A stretch of DNA of 46,285 nucleotides from Candidatus Gribaldobacteria bacterium (GCA_026396705.1 JAPLWE010000064.1:1-46285), one strand, 5' to 3'; positions 1 through 9,327 are shown, counted from the first letter of the stretch. A program made the numbers and translations. Notes: generated from the letters alone by a model not told the origin.

Positions 1-2
1 AG

Positions 3-398
3 CCAAACCTGGGAGTTTATTTTGAATTAATTTTAGCTGATATTCCCGGGTTGATTGAAGGGGCCAGCGAGGGCAAGGGCTTGGGCATTAAGTTTTTACG
101 GCATATTGAAAGAACCAAAACACTCTTTCATTTCATCTCTGCAGAATCGCAAGATCCTCTAAAAGATTATGAAATTATTAGAAACGAACTTGGCGCCTAC
201 AACCAAGAATTATTAAATAGAGCCGAGTATATTTTCTTAAGCAAGATTGACTTGGTGAGCAAGGAAGAGCTGGCTCAAAAATTAAAAAAACTAAGCGTCT
301 TAAACAAGGAAGTCCTTCCCATCTCCGTGATTGACCCCGAAAGCCTCGCTCAAGTTGAAAAACTCCTGCGCGAAATCATCAAACAAAAAACTATATGA
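3..398 (+). CDS. obgE: Obg family GTPase, C-terminal part (5' end outside window)
   Basis: Frame is open from position 3: PNLGVYFELILADIPGLIEGASEGKGLGIKFLRHIERT (G3 motif DIPG plus the Obg signature), with G4-like SKID and G5 IS(V). Confidence 0.93.
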   Translation, partial: PNLGVYFELILADIPGLIEGASEGKGLGIKFLRHIERTKTLFHFISAESQDPLKDYEIIRNELGAYNQELLNRAEYIFLSKIDLVSKEELAQKLKKLSVLNKEVLPISVIDPESLAQVEKLLREIIKQKTI

Positions 399-1102
399 CA
401 ATTACTTTGAGAAAATTAAAGGAACAGTTAGAAAAAATAAAAGAGATAGGTTTTGTTAAAACTCATAGGATGAATGATACAGGTATCGGCAAAACCCTCG
501 AGGATCTTTTAGGTATTAAAGAAAATAATTTACGGCTTCCTGATGTTGGTGAAGTTGAATTAAAAGCTAAAAGGATTGACTCTGGCAGCATGCTTACCGT
601 TGCTACAAAATCGCCAGAGCCAAAGGGGATAAATAGAGTTTTATTTGAGAAGTACAAATATTTAGACAAAGAGGGAAAATATAATTTACATTCTACTGTT
701 TGCGGATCGCGAAGTAATCCGCAGTCATTTAGAGTTGTTTTTGAGGGTGAGAAGCTTGTTTTAAAAAATAAATCTAAAATAGGGGTATATTGGCCTATTT
801 CTATTTTTGATGATGTTCTGAAAGCGAAATCAGAAAAAATTCTGTTGGTATTCGCGGAAACAAAAGGTGAGAGAAAAACTAAAAATGAAAAGTTTCATTT
901 CACAGAAGCTTATTTACTTTCTAATCTTAATATCAATAAATTCAAGTCCGCTGTTGAAAGCGATAAATTGAAAGTTGATGTTAGAATAGGCGTTTATAGA
1001 AGCGGAAAGAATAAAGGAAAATATCACGACCATGGCACTGGTTTTAGAATAAGCAAAAGAGATTTCCTGCATCTTTTTGACAAACTTACTCAAATTATTT
1101 AG
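395..1102 (+). CDS. MvaI/BcnI-family type II restriction endonuclease
   Basis: DTGIGKTLEDLLGIKENN..PD..EVELK (PD-(D/E)xK) and C-terminal HDHGTGFR are typical of the MvaI/BcnI family. ATGA overlap with obgE; adjacent to an m4C MTase. Confidence 0.88.
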   Translation: MTITLRKLKEQLEKIKEIGFVKTHRMNDTGIGKTLEDLLGIKENNLRLPDVGEVELKAKRIDSGSMLTVATKSPEPKGINRVLFEKYKYLDKEGKYNLHSTVCGSRSNPQSFRVVFEGEKLVLKNKSKIGVYWPISIFDDVLKAKSEKILLVFAETKGERKTKNEKFHFTEAYLLSNLNINKFKSAVESDKLKVDVRIGVYRSGKNKGKYHDHGTGFRISKRDFLHLFDKLTQII

Positions 1103-2964
1103 TTTCTTCTCAGAATAACAATGCTCTCTCTGTTCATTGTTTCCTCTAATGCTCCCACAATATTTGTGGGGGAGTTTCTGTTTGGCATTCTTTTGCCCGG
1201 GATATTTCTCACTAAAACATCTTCGCAGGTAAAGCCAATTTTCTCGCCTAACTCCGCGATTATAAAATCAGTCGGTATTCGAACTTGTTTTACGAGGCGA
1301 TTGCCAACCACTAAGCAAAAATATTTTTTTGGTTTTAATATTTTGTAGGCCTGCTTCAGGCAATCATTAAGGCCGATATAAAAACTTAAAACATCCTTGG
1401 CTCTTTTTTCGTCTATTTTTGCGATTTTGCTCAATGAATCTTTCAAATAACTTGAATTTAGGAAGTGTTCGAGGGTTTTGGTTGCTTTCCCGCCAAGCAA
1501 TTCATTGTCCACCCCGGAGGCTTTGTTTGGATCTTCAAAAATATCTATCCATTGCGCCGAGAGCCGGGAAAATTGGCCATAAGCCACCGTTGTTCGGCTG
1601 TCGCCATAAGGCGGCGAGGTAATAATACAATCAATTGAACTATCTTTTATGCCGTTTGTTTTCGATGAATCACCATAAATTATTTTGCTCCAAGCTTTTT
1701 TGTTTGTATTTTTATAGAAATCAATCATTCCTTTTATATTCGCTTCTGTTTTCTTTTTGAAAATCCCCAAAACATCTGGGGTATAATTTTCTAATTTTTC
1801 TTTTTTCATTCTGACAAGCTTAAACTCACCGTTTTTCGTGTTTGAAGATAAGCGCACCGTCTCGCTAAATGAAACCATAAAATAATTTTTGATAGAATTA
1901 TCTCTTATTTCCAAAATTGCTTTTTTGATTTTTGCTAATTGAATAATAACTTTTTCCTTAAACCAAAAATCAATATTATTAAAATTTGGTTTTTTAATTT
2001 CTGTGTCTTTTATTTTTTCAATTTCACGAAGAAGCTTAAAATATTTACTGGTAAGCGCAGGGGGGTTTATCGGTGTTGTTTTGGCTTTCGCCAAAAAGAT
2101 CGCCAGTGGATTCAGATCAATACCGTAAGCATTTATTCCTAAAAGCTTGCTTTCAACCAACGCTGTGCCAGACCCGCAAAAAATATCGCAAACTGTTTCG
2201 CCTGGTTGGCTATAATTTTCTAAAAGCCGCCTGGCGACTTGGGGGATAAACATTGCTGGGTATGTATGTATTCCGTGAGTGTATGTTTTGATTTTTTCAC
2301 CCCTATAATCCCATGAATAATCTATTCTTCTAACATATTTTTCGTCTTTCACTTTTTCCTTTTCAATTTGTGTTTCTAAGTTTCTAATGATTTTTACAAC
2401 AATTCCTCGTATTTCAACTTCTTGTCTGTAAATAGGAAAGAGCGTGGGGTTTGCCGGTTGTAGTCGGATTCTATTTTTTTCTCTGTAAAGCTTTTTTAGG
2501 GTTGCTTCATTATCATCAATTATGGCAACGACTGTTTGGCCGTTGTCCGCATATTCTTGTTTCCTAATAATGACAATGTCGCCGTCAAAGATTCCTTCAT
2601 CAATCATGCTATTGCCTTGCACTCGTAATGCGTAATTTTTACCATACTTTCCGACCTCATCTCTTGAAACAGTTATTGTTTCGCTAGGATTCTCAATTGC
2701 TTCAATGGGTTGCCCGGCGGCAATTATTCCAACCAAGGGCACTTCAATAGTCATTTTTTCATTTCTGGCCGACATTGACCTTGGCTGATTATATTCTTTT
2801 TGCAAATAGCCAGCTTCTTGAAGTTTTTTAACATAGTGATGGGCTGTGGAAACAGATGCTACTTTAAGATATTTTTTGATCTCTTCAAGAGATGGCGCAA
2901 AGCCCTTCTTTTTTTGAAAAGATGTTATAAAATCAAGAACATATTTTTGGCGTTCAGTAAGCAT
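1099..2964 (-). CDS. LexA repressor (wHTH + S24 peptidase, aa ~1-195) fused to an alpha-class N4-cytosine DNA methyltransferase (M.MvaI-like)
   Basis: LTERQ..VLDFI..PSLEEI wHTH; cleavage site A83-G84 (IAAGQP); catalytic S119 (GNSM) and K157 (ATLKK). Then HTYPAMFIPQ, motif I DIFCGSGT and motif IV ITSPPY, all in one uninterrupted 621-aa frame. Confidence 0.92.
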   Translation of the reverse strand: MLTERQKYVLDFITSFQKKKGFAPSLEEIKKYLKVASVSTAHHYVKKLQEAGYLQKEYNQPRSMSARNEKMTIEVPLVGIIAAGQPIEAIENPSETITVSRDEVGKYGKNYALRVQGNSMIDEGIFDGDIVIIRKQEYADNGQTVVAIIDDNEATLKKLYREKNRIRLQPANPTLFPIYRQEVEIRGIVVKIIRNLETQIEKEKVKDEKYVRRIDYSWDYRGEKIKTYTHGIHTYPAMFIPQVARRLLENYSQPGETVCDIFCGSGTALVESKLLGINAYGIDLNPLAIFLAKAKTTPINPPALTSKYFKLLREIEKIKDTEIKKPNFNNIDFWFKEKVIIQLAKIKKAILEIRDNSIKNYFMVSFSETVRLSSNTKNGEFKLVRMKKEKLENYTPDVLGIFKKKTEANIKGMIDFYKNTNKKAWSKIIYGDSSKTNGIKDSSIDCIITSPPYGDSRTTVAYGQFSRLSAQWIDIFEDPNKASGVDNELLGGKATKTLEHFLNSSYLKDSLSKIAKIDEKRAKDVLSFYIGLNDCLKQAYKILKPKKYFCLVVGNRLVKQVRIPTDFIIAELGEKIGFTCEDVLVRNIPGKRMPNRNSPTNIVGALEETMNRESIVILRRN

Positions 2965-2980
2965 AAATTTATTGTTGTTG

Positions 2981-2999
2981 ACTTTCTATTTACTTTCTA
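2981..2999. promoter_or_regulatory. Direct-repeat operator candidate (ACTTTCTA x2, 11-bp period)
   Basis: ACTTTCTA at 2981-2988 and 2992-2999, between the predicted TSS and the lexA ATG; partial third copy at 3004-3009. Confidence 0.5.
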
Positions 3000-3009
3000 A
3001 TATACTTTA

Positions 3010-3038
3010 ATTGTAATGTAAGTATAAGTCGCTGTCAA
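3010..3038 (-). promoter_or_regulatory. sigma70 promoter of the lexA-MTase gene
   Basis: Minus strand TTGACA (3038-3033), 17 bp, TACAAT (3015-3010). Confidence 0.8.
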
Positions 3039-3046
3039 CAGCAAGT

Positions 3047-3055
3047 TTATCCACA
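3047..3055 (+). promoter_or_regulatory. Consensus DnaA box
   Basis: TTATCCACA, 8 bp upstream of the lexA-MTase -35 element. Confidence 0.45.
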
Positions 3056-3109
3056 GAATAAATTTTATGCTTTTTACTAAGGGAATAAAAATAACTAAAG
3101 TTTAATATT

Positions 3110-3853
3110 ATGGTTACGAAAGAAACTATTCTTAAACAACTTAATTATACAAGCAATGACATTGTAAAGAAATTTGATGTTATATATTCACAAGAATTGA
3201 TGGAGATAGTTGAAGAAATGGCTATTTCGTATCAAATTTTACACGATATAATTAACAGAGAGGATCAATCAAAAGTATCAGATGCTGATTTTCAGAGCGC
3301 TTTGCTATTTTGGACAGCATTGAATACATATTTGGCGGCGATAGAATTATTTAGGCGTGGCTATGGTAAGGAGCCACAGATGTTGATAAGAAATACCCTA
3401 GAGACTTTTAGCGCTGCTTATGATATCCATATTTATCCACATAAACTTAATATATTACAGCAAAGGCCAAAAGATTTTGATTCAAAACAAAGTATAAAGA
3501 TAGCAAAGAAGATACATCCGATTATTGGTCAGATGTGGGGCAAGCTTAGTGCTGAGTATAGTCATGTTGGCGTATTACATACCTTACCACACAAAACAGC
3601 CCCACTTTGTGTTGGAGGATTATTCGATAGCGAAGATCAAAACGCTGTTATTTGTGGGATGCTTCCACCCTTAAATTTAGCTTTAGATATTTTAAGTAGC
3701 GTTTTAGAATTAACATTCATTACAGAAATACAAAATCCTCGTTTTTGGAAGCAGATTTCCTCTGATACTTATCAATATTCAATTCCGAAAATAAACATTG
3801 AACGAGGGGAAAGATTAATGGTAAAAATGGAAGACGTGCTTAAACAGTTATAG
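3110..3853 (+). CDS. Hypothetical protein, DUF5677/HEPN-like helical fold
   Basis: 247-aa low-GC ORF with the pattern A.ELF.RG....MLIRNTLE ... WGKLS.EYSH, reminiscent of DUF5677-type proteins (recognised by eye). Confidence 0.5.
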   Translation: MVTKETILKQLNYTSNDIVKKFDVIYSQELMEIVEEMAISYQILHDIINREDQSKVSDADFQSALLFWTALNTYLAAIELFRRGYGKEPQMLIRNTLETFSAAYDIHIYPHKLNILQQRPKDFDSKQSIKIAKKIHPIIGQMWGKLSAEYSHVGVLHTLPHKTAPLCVGGLFDSEDQNAVICGMLPPLNLALDILSSVLELTFITEIQNPRFWKQISSDTYQYSIPKINIERGERLMVKMEDVLKQL

Positions 3854-3894
3854 GGATGCAAAAGTTTTGTTATGGACTGTTCCCTTTATTTTGG

Positions 3895-3932
3895 AACAAA
3901 AAAACTCTGGCCTAGGCCAGAGTTTTTTTGTT
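3895..3932. terminator. Bidirectional intrinsic terminator
   Basis: Perfect palindrome AACAAAAAAACTCTGGCCT|AGGCCAGAGTTTTTTTGTT between convergent genes, with a T-tract on both strands. Confidence 0.85.
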
Positions 3933-3950
3933 TGCAAATAAATTTTTAGA

Positions 3951-5741
3951 TTATTTTTTGCGGGAGTCGCGTTTACGGTCAATTTCGGTTAGGAATTTTT
4001 TACGTAGGCGGATATTTTTGGGGGTAACTTCCAGATATTCGTCGTCTTTCATTATTTCTAGCGCTCTTTCTAGAGAAAGATTGAATGGTGGCACAAGCTT
4101 GATGGCTTCGTCAGCCCCGCTGGACCGCATATTGCTTAACTCTTTGCCTTTAGTGGGGTTCACAGCCATATCATTGCCTTTGGCAGTGTTGCCAACTACC
4201 ATACCTTCGTAAACTTCTTCGCTCGGGCCGATATACATAACGCCTCTTTCTTGTAAGTTCCATAAAGCAAAGCCTAAGGCTTTGCCAGTAGCCATAGAAG
4301 TCATTGAGCCAACATCTTGCTTTTCAATTTCACCCACATAAGGTCTAAAGCCAATAAATTGGTTGCAAAGAATGCCCTCGCCCTTAGTAACTATCACAAA
4401 TTCGCCACGATACCCCAACAATCCCCTAGTGGGAATCTCAAAAACTATGCGGGTGTGGTTTTGCTCGGGTCGCATGTCAGTCATCATGCCTTTTCTTTTG
4501 GAAAGCTTTTCAATAACTACGCCCGAGGCCTCATTGGGCACATCAATAGTAACTTCTTCAAACGGTTCCATTTTTATACCGTTTTCTTCTTTAGTAATAA
4601 CTTGGGGCTGGGAAACCTGAAGCTCGTAGCCTTCTCGCCTCATATTTTCTAATAATATGGCAATGTGTAATTCGCCTCTACCCGAAACCGTGAAATAAGC
4701 ATTTTCCGAAAAATCCACTTTTAAGCCTACATTAACTTCCAGCTCTCTAGCTAAGCGTTCTCGGATTTGCCTAATGCCTACAAACTTGCCATCTTGTCCG
4801 GCCAACGGCGAGCTATTTACTAAAAAGTTCAAAGAAATAGTTGGCTCGTCAATGTTGATTGAGGGCAAGGCGGGCTGCTCTTTATCAATACAAATTGTCT
4901 CGCCAATAAAGATATCAGGCAAGCCGGCAATCATGACAATGTCGCCCGCCATTGCTTCTGGCACTTCTACTCTTTGCAGGCCAGAAAAAGAAAATATTTT
5001 TAGTATTTTGCCAACCCTAGCTTCGCTGGTTGGTGTTTTTATAAAAACATTGCTACCTGTTTTAGCCACGCCCTCATAGATGCGACCAATGGCTAATCGG
5101 CCCATAAAATTGTCATAACCCAAGTTAAATGGCTGGATTCTTAATGGCTGCCCGTTCAACTCGTCGCTGGAAGATGAAGGTATCTTCTCTAAAATAACAT
5201 CTAAAAGCGGAGTTAAGTCGCTTGAGGCGTCGGCTAAATTAAGTTTGGCAATGCCTTCTCTAGCTATAGCGTAAAGGCAAGTAAAGTTTAATTGTTCTTC
5301 GGTGGCGCCTAGATCGTAAAAAAGTTCAAAAACTTTATCGTGCACCCACTCAGGTCGGGCGGCTGGCTTGTCAATTTTGTTAATTACTAAAATTGGCTTT
5401 AAGCCAAGCTCTAAAGATTTTTTTAAAACAAATTTGGTTTGAGGCATTGGGCCTTCTTGCGCATCCACCACCAAAAGCACTGAATCAATGGATCGCAACA
5501 CTCGCTCCACCTCCGAGCCAAAATCAGCGTGGCCGGGAGTGTCCACGATATTTATTTTGGTGTCTTTGTAATAAATAGAAGCGTTTTTGGAATAAATAGT
5601 AATGCCTCGCTCAAGCTCCAAAGCGTTGGTGTCCATGGTGGCGCCCTCCACAGCCAAACCAGCCTGGCGCAGTAAGGCGTCAGTTAAGCTTGTTTTGCCA
5701 TGATCCACATGAGCGATAATCGCGATATTTCTAATTTCCAT
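3951..5741 (-). CDS. typA: Translational GTPase TypA/BipA
   Basis: [34 protein letters not shown]-terminal NMRSSGADE...[11 protein letters not shown]. Start placed at MEIRN (5741) because the promoter overlaps the longer ORF start. Confidence 0.97.
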   Translation of the reverse strand: MEIRNIAIIAHVDHGKTSLTDALLRQAGLAVEGATMDTNALELERGITIYSKNASIYYKDTKINIVDTPGHADFGSEVERVLRSIDSVLLVVDAQEGPMPQTKFVLKKSLELGLKPILVINKIDKPAARPEWVHDKVFELFYDLGATEEQLNFTCLYAIAREGIAKLNLADASSDLTPLLDVILEKIPSSSSDELNGQPLRIQPFNLGYDNFMGRLAIGRIYEGVAKTGSNVFIKTPTSEARVGKILKIFSFSGLQRVEVPEAMAGDIVMIAGLPDIFIGETICIDKEQPALPSINIDEPTISLNFLVNSSPLAGQDGKFVGIRQIRERLARELEVNVGLKVDFSENAYFTVSGRGELHIAILLENMRREGYELQVSQPQVITKEENGIKMEPFEEVTIDVPNEASGVVIEKLSKRKGMMTDMRPEQNHTRIVFEIPTRGLLGYRGEFVIVTKGEGILCNQFIGFRPYVGEIEKQDVGSMTSMATGKALGFALWNLQERGVMYIGPSEEVYEGMVVGNTAKGNDMAVNPTKGKELSNMRSSGADEAIKLVPPFNLSLERALEIMKDDEYLEVTPKNIRLRKKFLTEIDRKRDSRKK

Positions 5742-5759
5742 AGATTTGATAGCCCCAAA

Positions 5760-5788
5760 ATCATACCACAAATAATCTAAAAATGCAA
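5760..5788 (-). promoter_or_regulatory. typA promoter
   Basis: Minus strand TTGCAT, 17 bp, TATGAT with an extended TG. Confidence 0.65.
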
Positions 5789-5789
5789 T

Positions 5790-5818
5790 TTGAAACAGTC
5801 ATCTGGGCAAGGTATAAT
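5790..5818 (+). promoter_or_regulatory. Helicase promoter (leaderless-type)
   Basis: TTGAAA (5790-5795), 17 bp, TATAAT (5813-5818); ATG at 5824. Confidence 0.75.
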
Positions 5819-5823
5819 ATCCT

Positions 5824-7500
5824 ATGACACAAGAACAAGCGTTGGAAATTTTGAAGACTGGGGCGAATGTTTTTTTGACTGGGGAGCCCGGCTCGGGCAA
5901 AACCTATACAGTTAATCAATACGCTGATTATTTAAGAGAGCATAATATTCAGCCAGCCATTACCGCCTCTACTGGAATTGCTGCCACCCATTTGAATGGC
6001 ATTACTATCCATTCGTGGGCGGGTATTGGCATAAAAGAGCATCTCTCACGAGGGGACTTAGAGAAAATCGCCAAAACCGCTTATGTTGTTAAGCGCGTGG
6101 CCAAAGCCAAGGTTTTGATTATTGATGAAATTTCTATGCTAGAAGCTGGCACTTTTGGCTTGGTTGATTTAGTTTGCCAGCAAATTTTTCAATCTAAGCA
6201 GCCGTTCGGCGGGTTGCAGGTAGTGGTGGTGGGCGATTTTTTTCAACTGCCGCCAATCGGCAAAGTTGGCCAAGCGCAGTTTGCTTTTAAGTCGCCCTCT
6301 TGGCAAAAAGCCAACTTTGCGGTTTGCTATTTAACCGAGCAATATCGCCAAGACGACGAAGCTTTTTTAACAATGCTATCGGCCATCAGATCTAATGGCT
6401 TCACCGAAAAGCATCTGGCCAATATCCAAAGCAGAGTTATTGAGCCCGATAAGTCGCCTAAAGACATCACGCGTATTTTTTCGCACAATATGGATGTAGA
6501 TAGAATTAACAGCCAAGAGTTGGGCCAGCTTTCGGGCAAGGCCGAATTTTTTCAGATGTTTTCTCGGGGTCAAAGTAATTTTGTGGATAGCTTAAAAAAG
6601 GGTTGCCTCTCGCCCGAAACATTAGAGCTAAAAAAAGACGCTTGCGTGATGTTTACTAAAAATAATCTTAAGGAGGGGTTTGTTAATGGCACCATTGGCA
6701 AGGTTATTGGCTTTAGCGAGGAGAGCAATTATCCGGTTGTTAAAATAACCAGCGGCGAGGAAATTGAAGTATCGCCGATGGAGTGGACCATTGAAGAGCA
6801 TGGCGACATTAAAGCCAGAATTACTCAAGTACCCTTGCGATTGGCTTGGGCGATTACTATTCATAAAAGCCAAGGCATGAGCTTGGATATGGCGGTGATG
6901 GATTTGCAAAAAGTATTTGAGTTTGGTCAAGGCTATGTGGCTTTATCAAGGGTGAGGCGGTTGTCTGGGCTTTATCTTTTGGGCTATAACCAAAAAGCGT
7001 TTTTGACACATCCAGAAATGCAAAATCAAGACAGAATTTTCAGAGAACAATCCCAACAAATTCAGGATGATTTTATTTTAATGTTAAAAGATGAAATTAT
7101 CAGCCAGCAAAATAACTTTCTAATAGCTTGTGGTGGGGCGCTATCTAAACAGGCGCTAAGCAAGAAAAGTCCAGCAGTCAAAAAGGAAAAAACCAGCACT
7201 TATGATAAAACTATGGCTTTGATTAATGAAGGAAAAAATATTGAGGAAATCACCAAGGCTCGCGGCGTTACCCAAGGAACAATCATTGGCCATTTAGAAA
7301 ACCTTGTCTTAAAAGATAAAATTAATCAGGAAGGCTTAGAGCAATTAGTTGAGGAGGGCTTACTGGCCAAAATACCAGAAATTGGCCAGGTCTTTCGCGA
7401 GCTGGACACTGACAAGCTCTCAGTGGTTTTTGAAAAGTTCGCTGGCGAATATTCTTACGACCAACTCCGCCTGGCCAGGCTATTTCTGTCTTTTAATTAA
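5824..7500 (+). CDS. Pif1/RecD-like SF1B helicase with C-terminal HTH domain
   Basis: GEPGSGKT, TASTGIAA, IIDEISM, FGGLQVVVVGDFFQLPP, QYRQ, PLRLAWAITIHKSQG, GQGYVALSR. RecQ-type C-terminal HTH (STYDKT..LI.EGK.IEEI..ARG..GTI.GHL). Confidence 0.92.
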   Translation: MTQEQALEILKTGANVFLTGEPGSGKTYTVNQYADYLREHNIQPAITASTGIAATHLNGITIHSWAGIGIKEHLSRGDLEKIAKTAYVVKRVAKAKVLIIDEISMLEAGTFGLVDLVCQQIFQSKQPFGGLQVVVVGDFFQLPPIGKVGQAQFAFKSPSWQKANFAVCYLTEQYRQDDEAFLTMLSAIRSNGFTEKHLANIQSRVIEPDKSPKDITRIFSHNMDVDRINSQELGQLSGKAEFFQMFSRGQSNFVDSLKKGCLSPETLELKKDACVMFTKNNLKEGFVNGTIGKVIGFSEESNYPVVKITSGEEIEVSPMEWTIEEHGDIKARITQVPLRLAWAITIHKSQGMSLDMAVMDLQKVFEFGQGYVALSRVRRLSGLYLLGYNQKAFLTHPEMQNQDRIFREQSQQIQDDFILMLKDEIISQQNNFLIACGGALSKQALSKKSPAVKKEKTSTYDKTMALINEGKNIEEITKARGVTQGTIIGHLENLVLKDKINQEGLEQLVEEGLLAKIPEIGQVFRELDTDKLSVVFEKFAGEYSYDQLRLARLFLSFN

Positions 7501-7514
7501 AATTATGGTTAGGC

Positions 7515-7540
7515 AAAAAACTGCAAGGGTGCAGTTTTTT
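7515..7540. terminator. Intrinsic terminator
   Basis: AAAAAACTGCA-AGGG-TGCAGTTTTTT. Confidence 0.75.
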
Positions 7541-7579
7541 CTTTTAACCTATGAAAAGTTAAGTAATTTTATAAAAAGC

Positions 7580-7610
7580 TTGACAGAAATATGGAAGGTA
7601 TGATATCATA
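7580..7610 (+). promoter_or_regulatory. hsdM promoter with a palindrome over the -10
   Basis: TTGACA (7580-7585), 18 bp, TATCAT (7604-7609) with extended TG; perfect 12-bp palindrome TATGATATCATA at 7599-7610. Confidence 0.65.
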
Positions 7611-7617
7611 GGAAAAT

Positions 7618-9327
7618 ATGCAAAAAACTAATCAAGATAAAAAATTGTTATCAATAGGGGAAGTTGCCAAAATTTTTGGATTAGACAGAGATACCCTTAG
7701 AAATTGGGAAAAGAAAGGTATTATTACGCCTTTACGCGTTGGTCCACGGGGCGATCGAAAATATCGGCCAGAAGATATTGAGAAAATTTCAAATGATAAA
7801 AGTATCGTTAAAGATCTTGGCGTGCCACTTACAGACGACGAAGGGAAAATGAACCTTACTCAACTTAAACAGTTTCTTTGGAAAAGCGCTGATATTTTAA
7901 GGGGTAAGATTGACAGCTCGGATTACAAAAAGTATATTTTTGGGCTTTTGTTTTACAAAAGAATGAGCGATGTTTGGGACGAAGAATATCATTTTGTAAT
8001 GGAAGAATACAGAGATGACATAGTTGCTGATGCTGACTATAATCACCGATTTCAAGTGCCCAAAGATTGTCGCTGGGAAATAATTCAAAAGCAAGCCGAA
8101 GGCATTGGGCCAAAGCTTAATGAAATTTTTGAAAAACTAACTACTGCTAATAGCCCCAAGCTGGATAAAATTTTTGATGATTTGGATTTTGCCAACAAAG
8201 ATAAATTTCCAAACGAAACATTACAAAAGCTGATAAACAACTTTTCAAAACATAATTTTGGTGATAATTATATTAGCTCCGACTTGCTGGGTGATGCTTA
8301 TGAATATCTTATTGAGCAATTTGCGCAGGATGCTGGAAAAAAAGGCGGGGAGTTTTATACCCCGCGAGAAGTTGAGCGGGTGATTATAAATATCTTAAAG
8401 CCCCACGAAAAAGACCACATCTATGATATGTGTGTTGGCTCGGGCGGCTTTCTTTTGGAGGCGTATCATTACCTTAAAGACCAATCAAGCGAGAAGAAAG
8501 CTCGCTCGCTTTATTTATATGGACAGGAAATCAACATCGGCACTTACGCTATTGCCAAAATCAATATGTTTTTGCATGGCCTTGATTCCGCTGATATCCA
8601 ACGAGGGGACACCTTGACTGACCCAAGGTTTCTAAGCCCCGATGGCTCGCTAAAAACATTTGATATTTGCGTGGCCAATCCGCCTTATTCAATCAGTGAA
8701 TGGGAATATGAAACATTTAAAAATGATAAGCACGGCCGAGTGGCTGGCTATGAAATGCCTCCAACCAAAAAAGCCGACTACGCTTTTGTGCTACATATGG
8801 TTAAATCAATGAACGAAAATGGCAAAGCTGGCATTGTGCTGCCACACGGAGTGCTTTTTCGCGGTGGGGCGGAAGGCCGCATCAGGGAACAGCTTATTAA
8901 AAACGACTTAATTGAGGCCATTATCGCTTTGCCCTCAAAGCTTTTTTATGGCACGGGTATACCAGCGGCCATTGTGATATTTAATAAAAACAAACCACAA
9001 AGCCATAAAAATAAAATTTTGATTATTGACGGGGAAAAAGATTTTGAAGAAGGTAAAAACCAAAACCGTTTGCGCAAAAAAGACATTGAAAAAATAGTGT
9101 TGGCTTTTGAGGGCTATCGGGACATTGAAAAATACGCCCGAGTGGTTGATATAAAAGAGTTAAAAGAAAATGAGTTTAACCTAAATGTTCGCCGTTATGT
9201 GGAAAATGGCGAGGAGGAGGAAGTGGTGGATGTAAAAACCGTTTGGGCTGAATTGAAAGAAATTGAAAAATCTCGCGAAACCATCAACAAAAAAGTTGAG
9301 GAGTATCTTAAAAAATTAAAGTATTAA
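7618..9327 (+). CDS. hsdM: Type I R-M modification subunit with N-terminal MerR/excisionase-type HTH
   Basis: LLSIGEVAKIFGL..DTLRNWEKKG...R....GDRKY (MerR-like HTH), then LWKSADILRG, GEFYTPR, DMCVGSGGFL, GQEIN and NPPY. Confidence 0.95.
   Translation: MQKTNQDKKLLSIGEVAKIFGLDRDTLRNWEKKGIITPLRVGPRGDRKYRPEDIEKISNDKSIVKDLGVPLTDDEGKMNLTQLKQFLWKSADILRGKIDSSDYKKYIFGLLFYKRMSDVWDEEYHFVMEEYRDDIVADADYNHRFQVPKDCRWEIIQKQAEGIGPKLNEIFEKLTTANSPKLDKIFDDLDFANKDKFPNETLQKLINNFSKHNFGDNYISSDLLGDAYEYLIEQFAQDAGKKGGEFYTPREVERVIINILKPHEKDHIYDMCVGSGGFLLEAYHYLKDQSSEKKARSLYLYGQEINIGTYAIAKINMFLHGLDSADIQRGDTLTDPRFLSPDGSLKTFDICVANPPYSISEWEYETFKNDKHGRVAGYEMPPTKKADYAFVLHMVKSMNENGKAGIVLPHGVLFRGGAEGRIREQLIKNDLIEAIIALPSKLFYGTGIPAAIVIFNKNKPQSHKNKILIIDGEKDFEEGKNQNRLRKKDIEKIVLAFEGYRDIEKYARVVDIKELKENEFNLNVRRYVENGEEEEVVDVKTVWAELKEIEKSRETINKKVEEYLKKLKY

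Noticed and set aside
3047..3055. Replication origin suggested by a DnaA box
   Set aside because: Boxes are isolated singles, with no cluster, no evident unwinding element and no dnaA/dnaN nearby.
5742..5771. N-terminal extension MWYDFGAIKS of TypA in the ORF track
   Set aside because: It overlaps the predicted -10 element, and TypA homologs begin at about [11 protein letters not shown].
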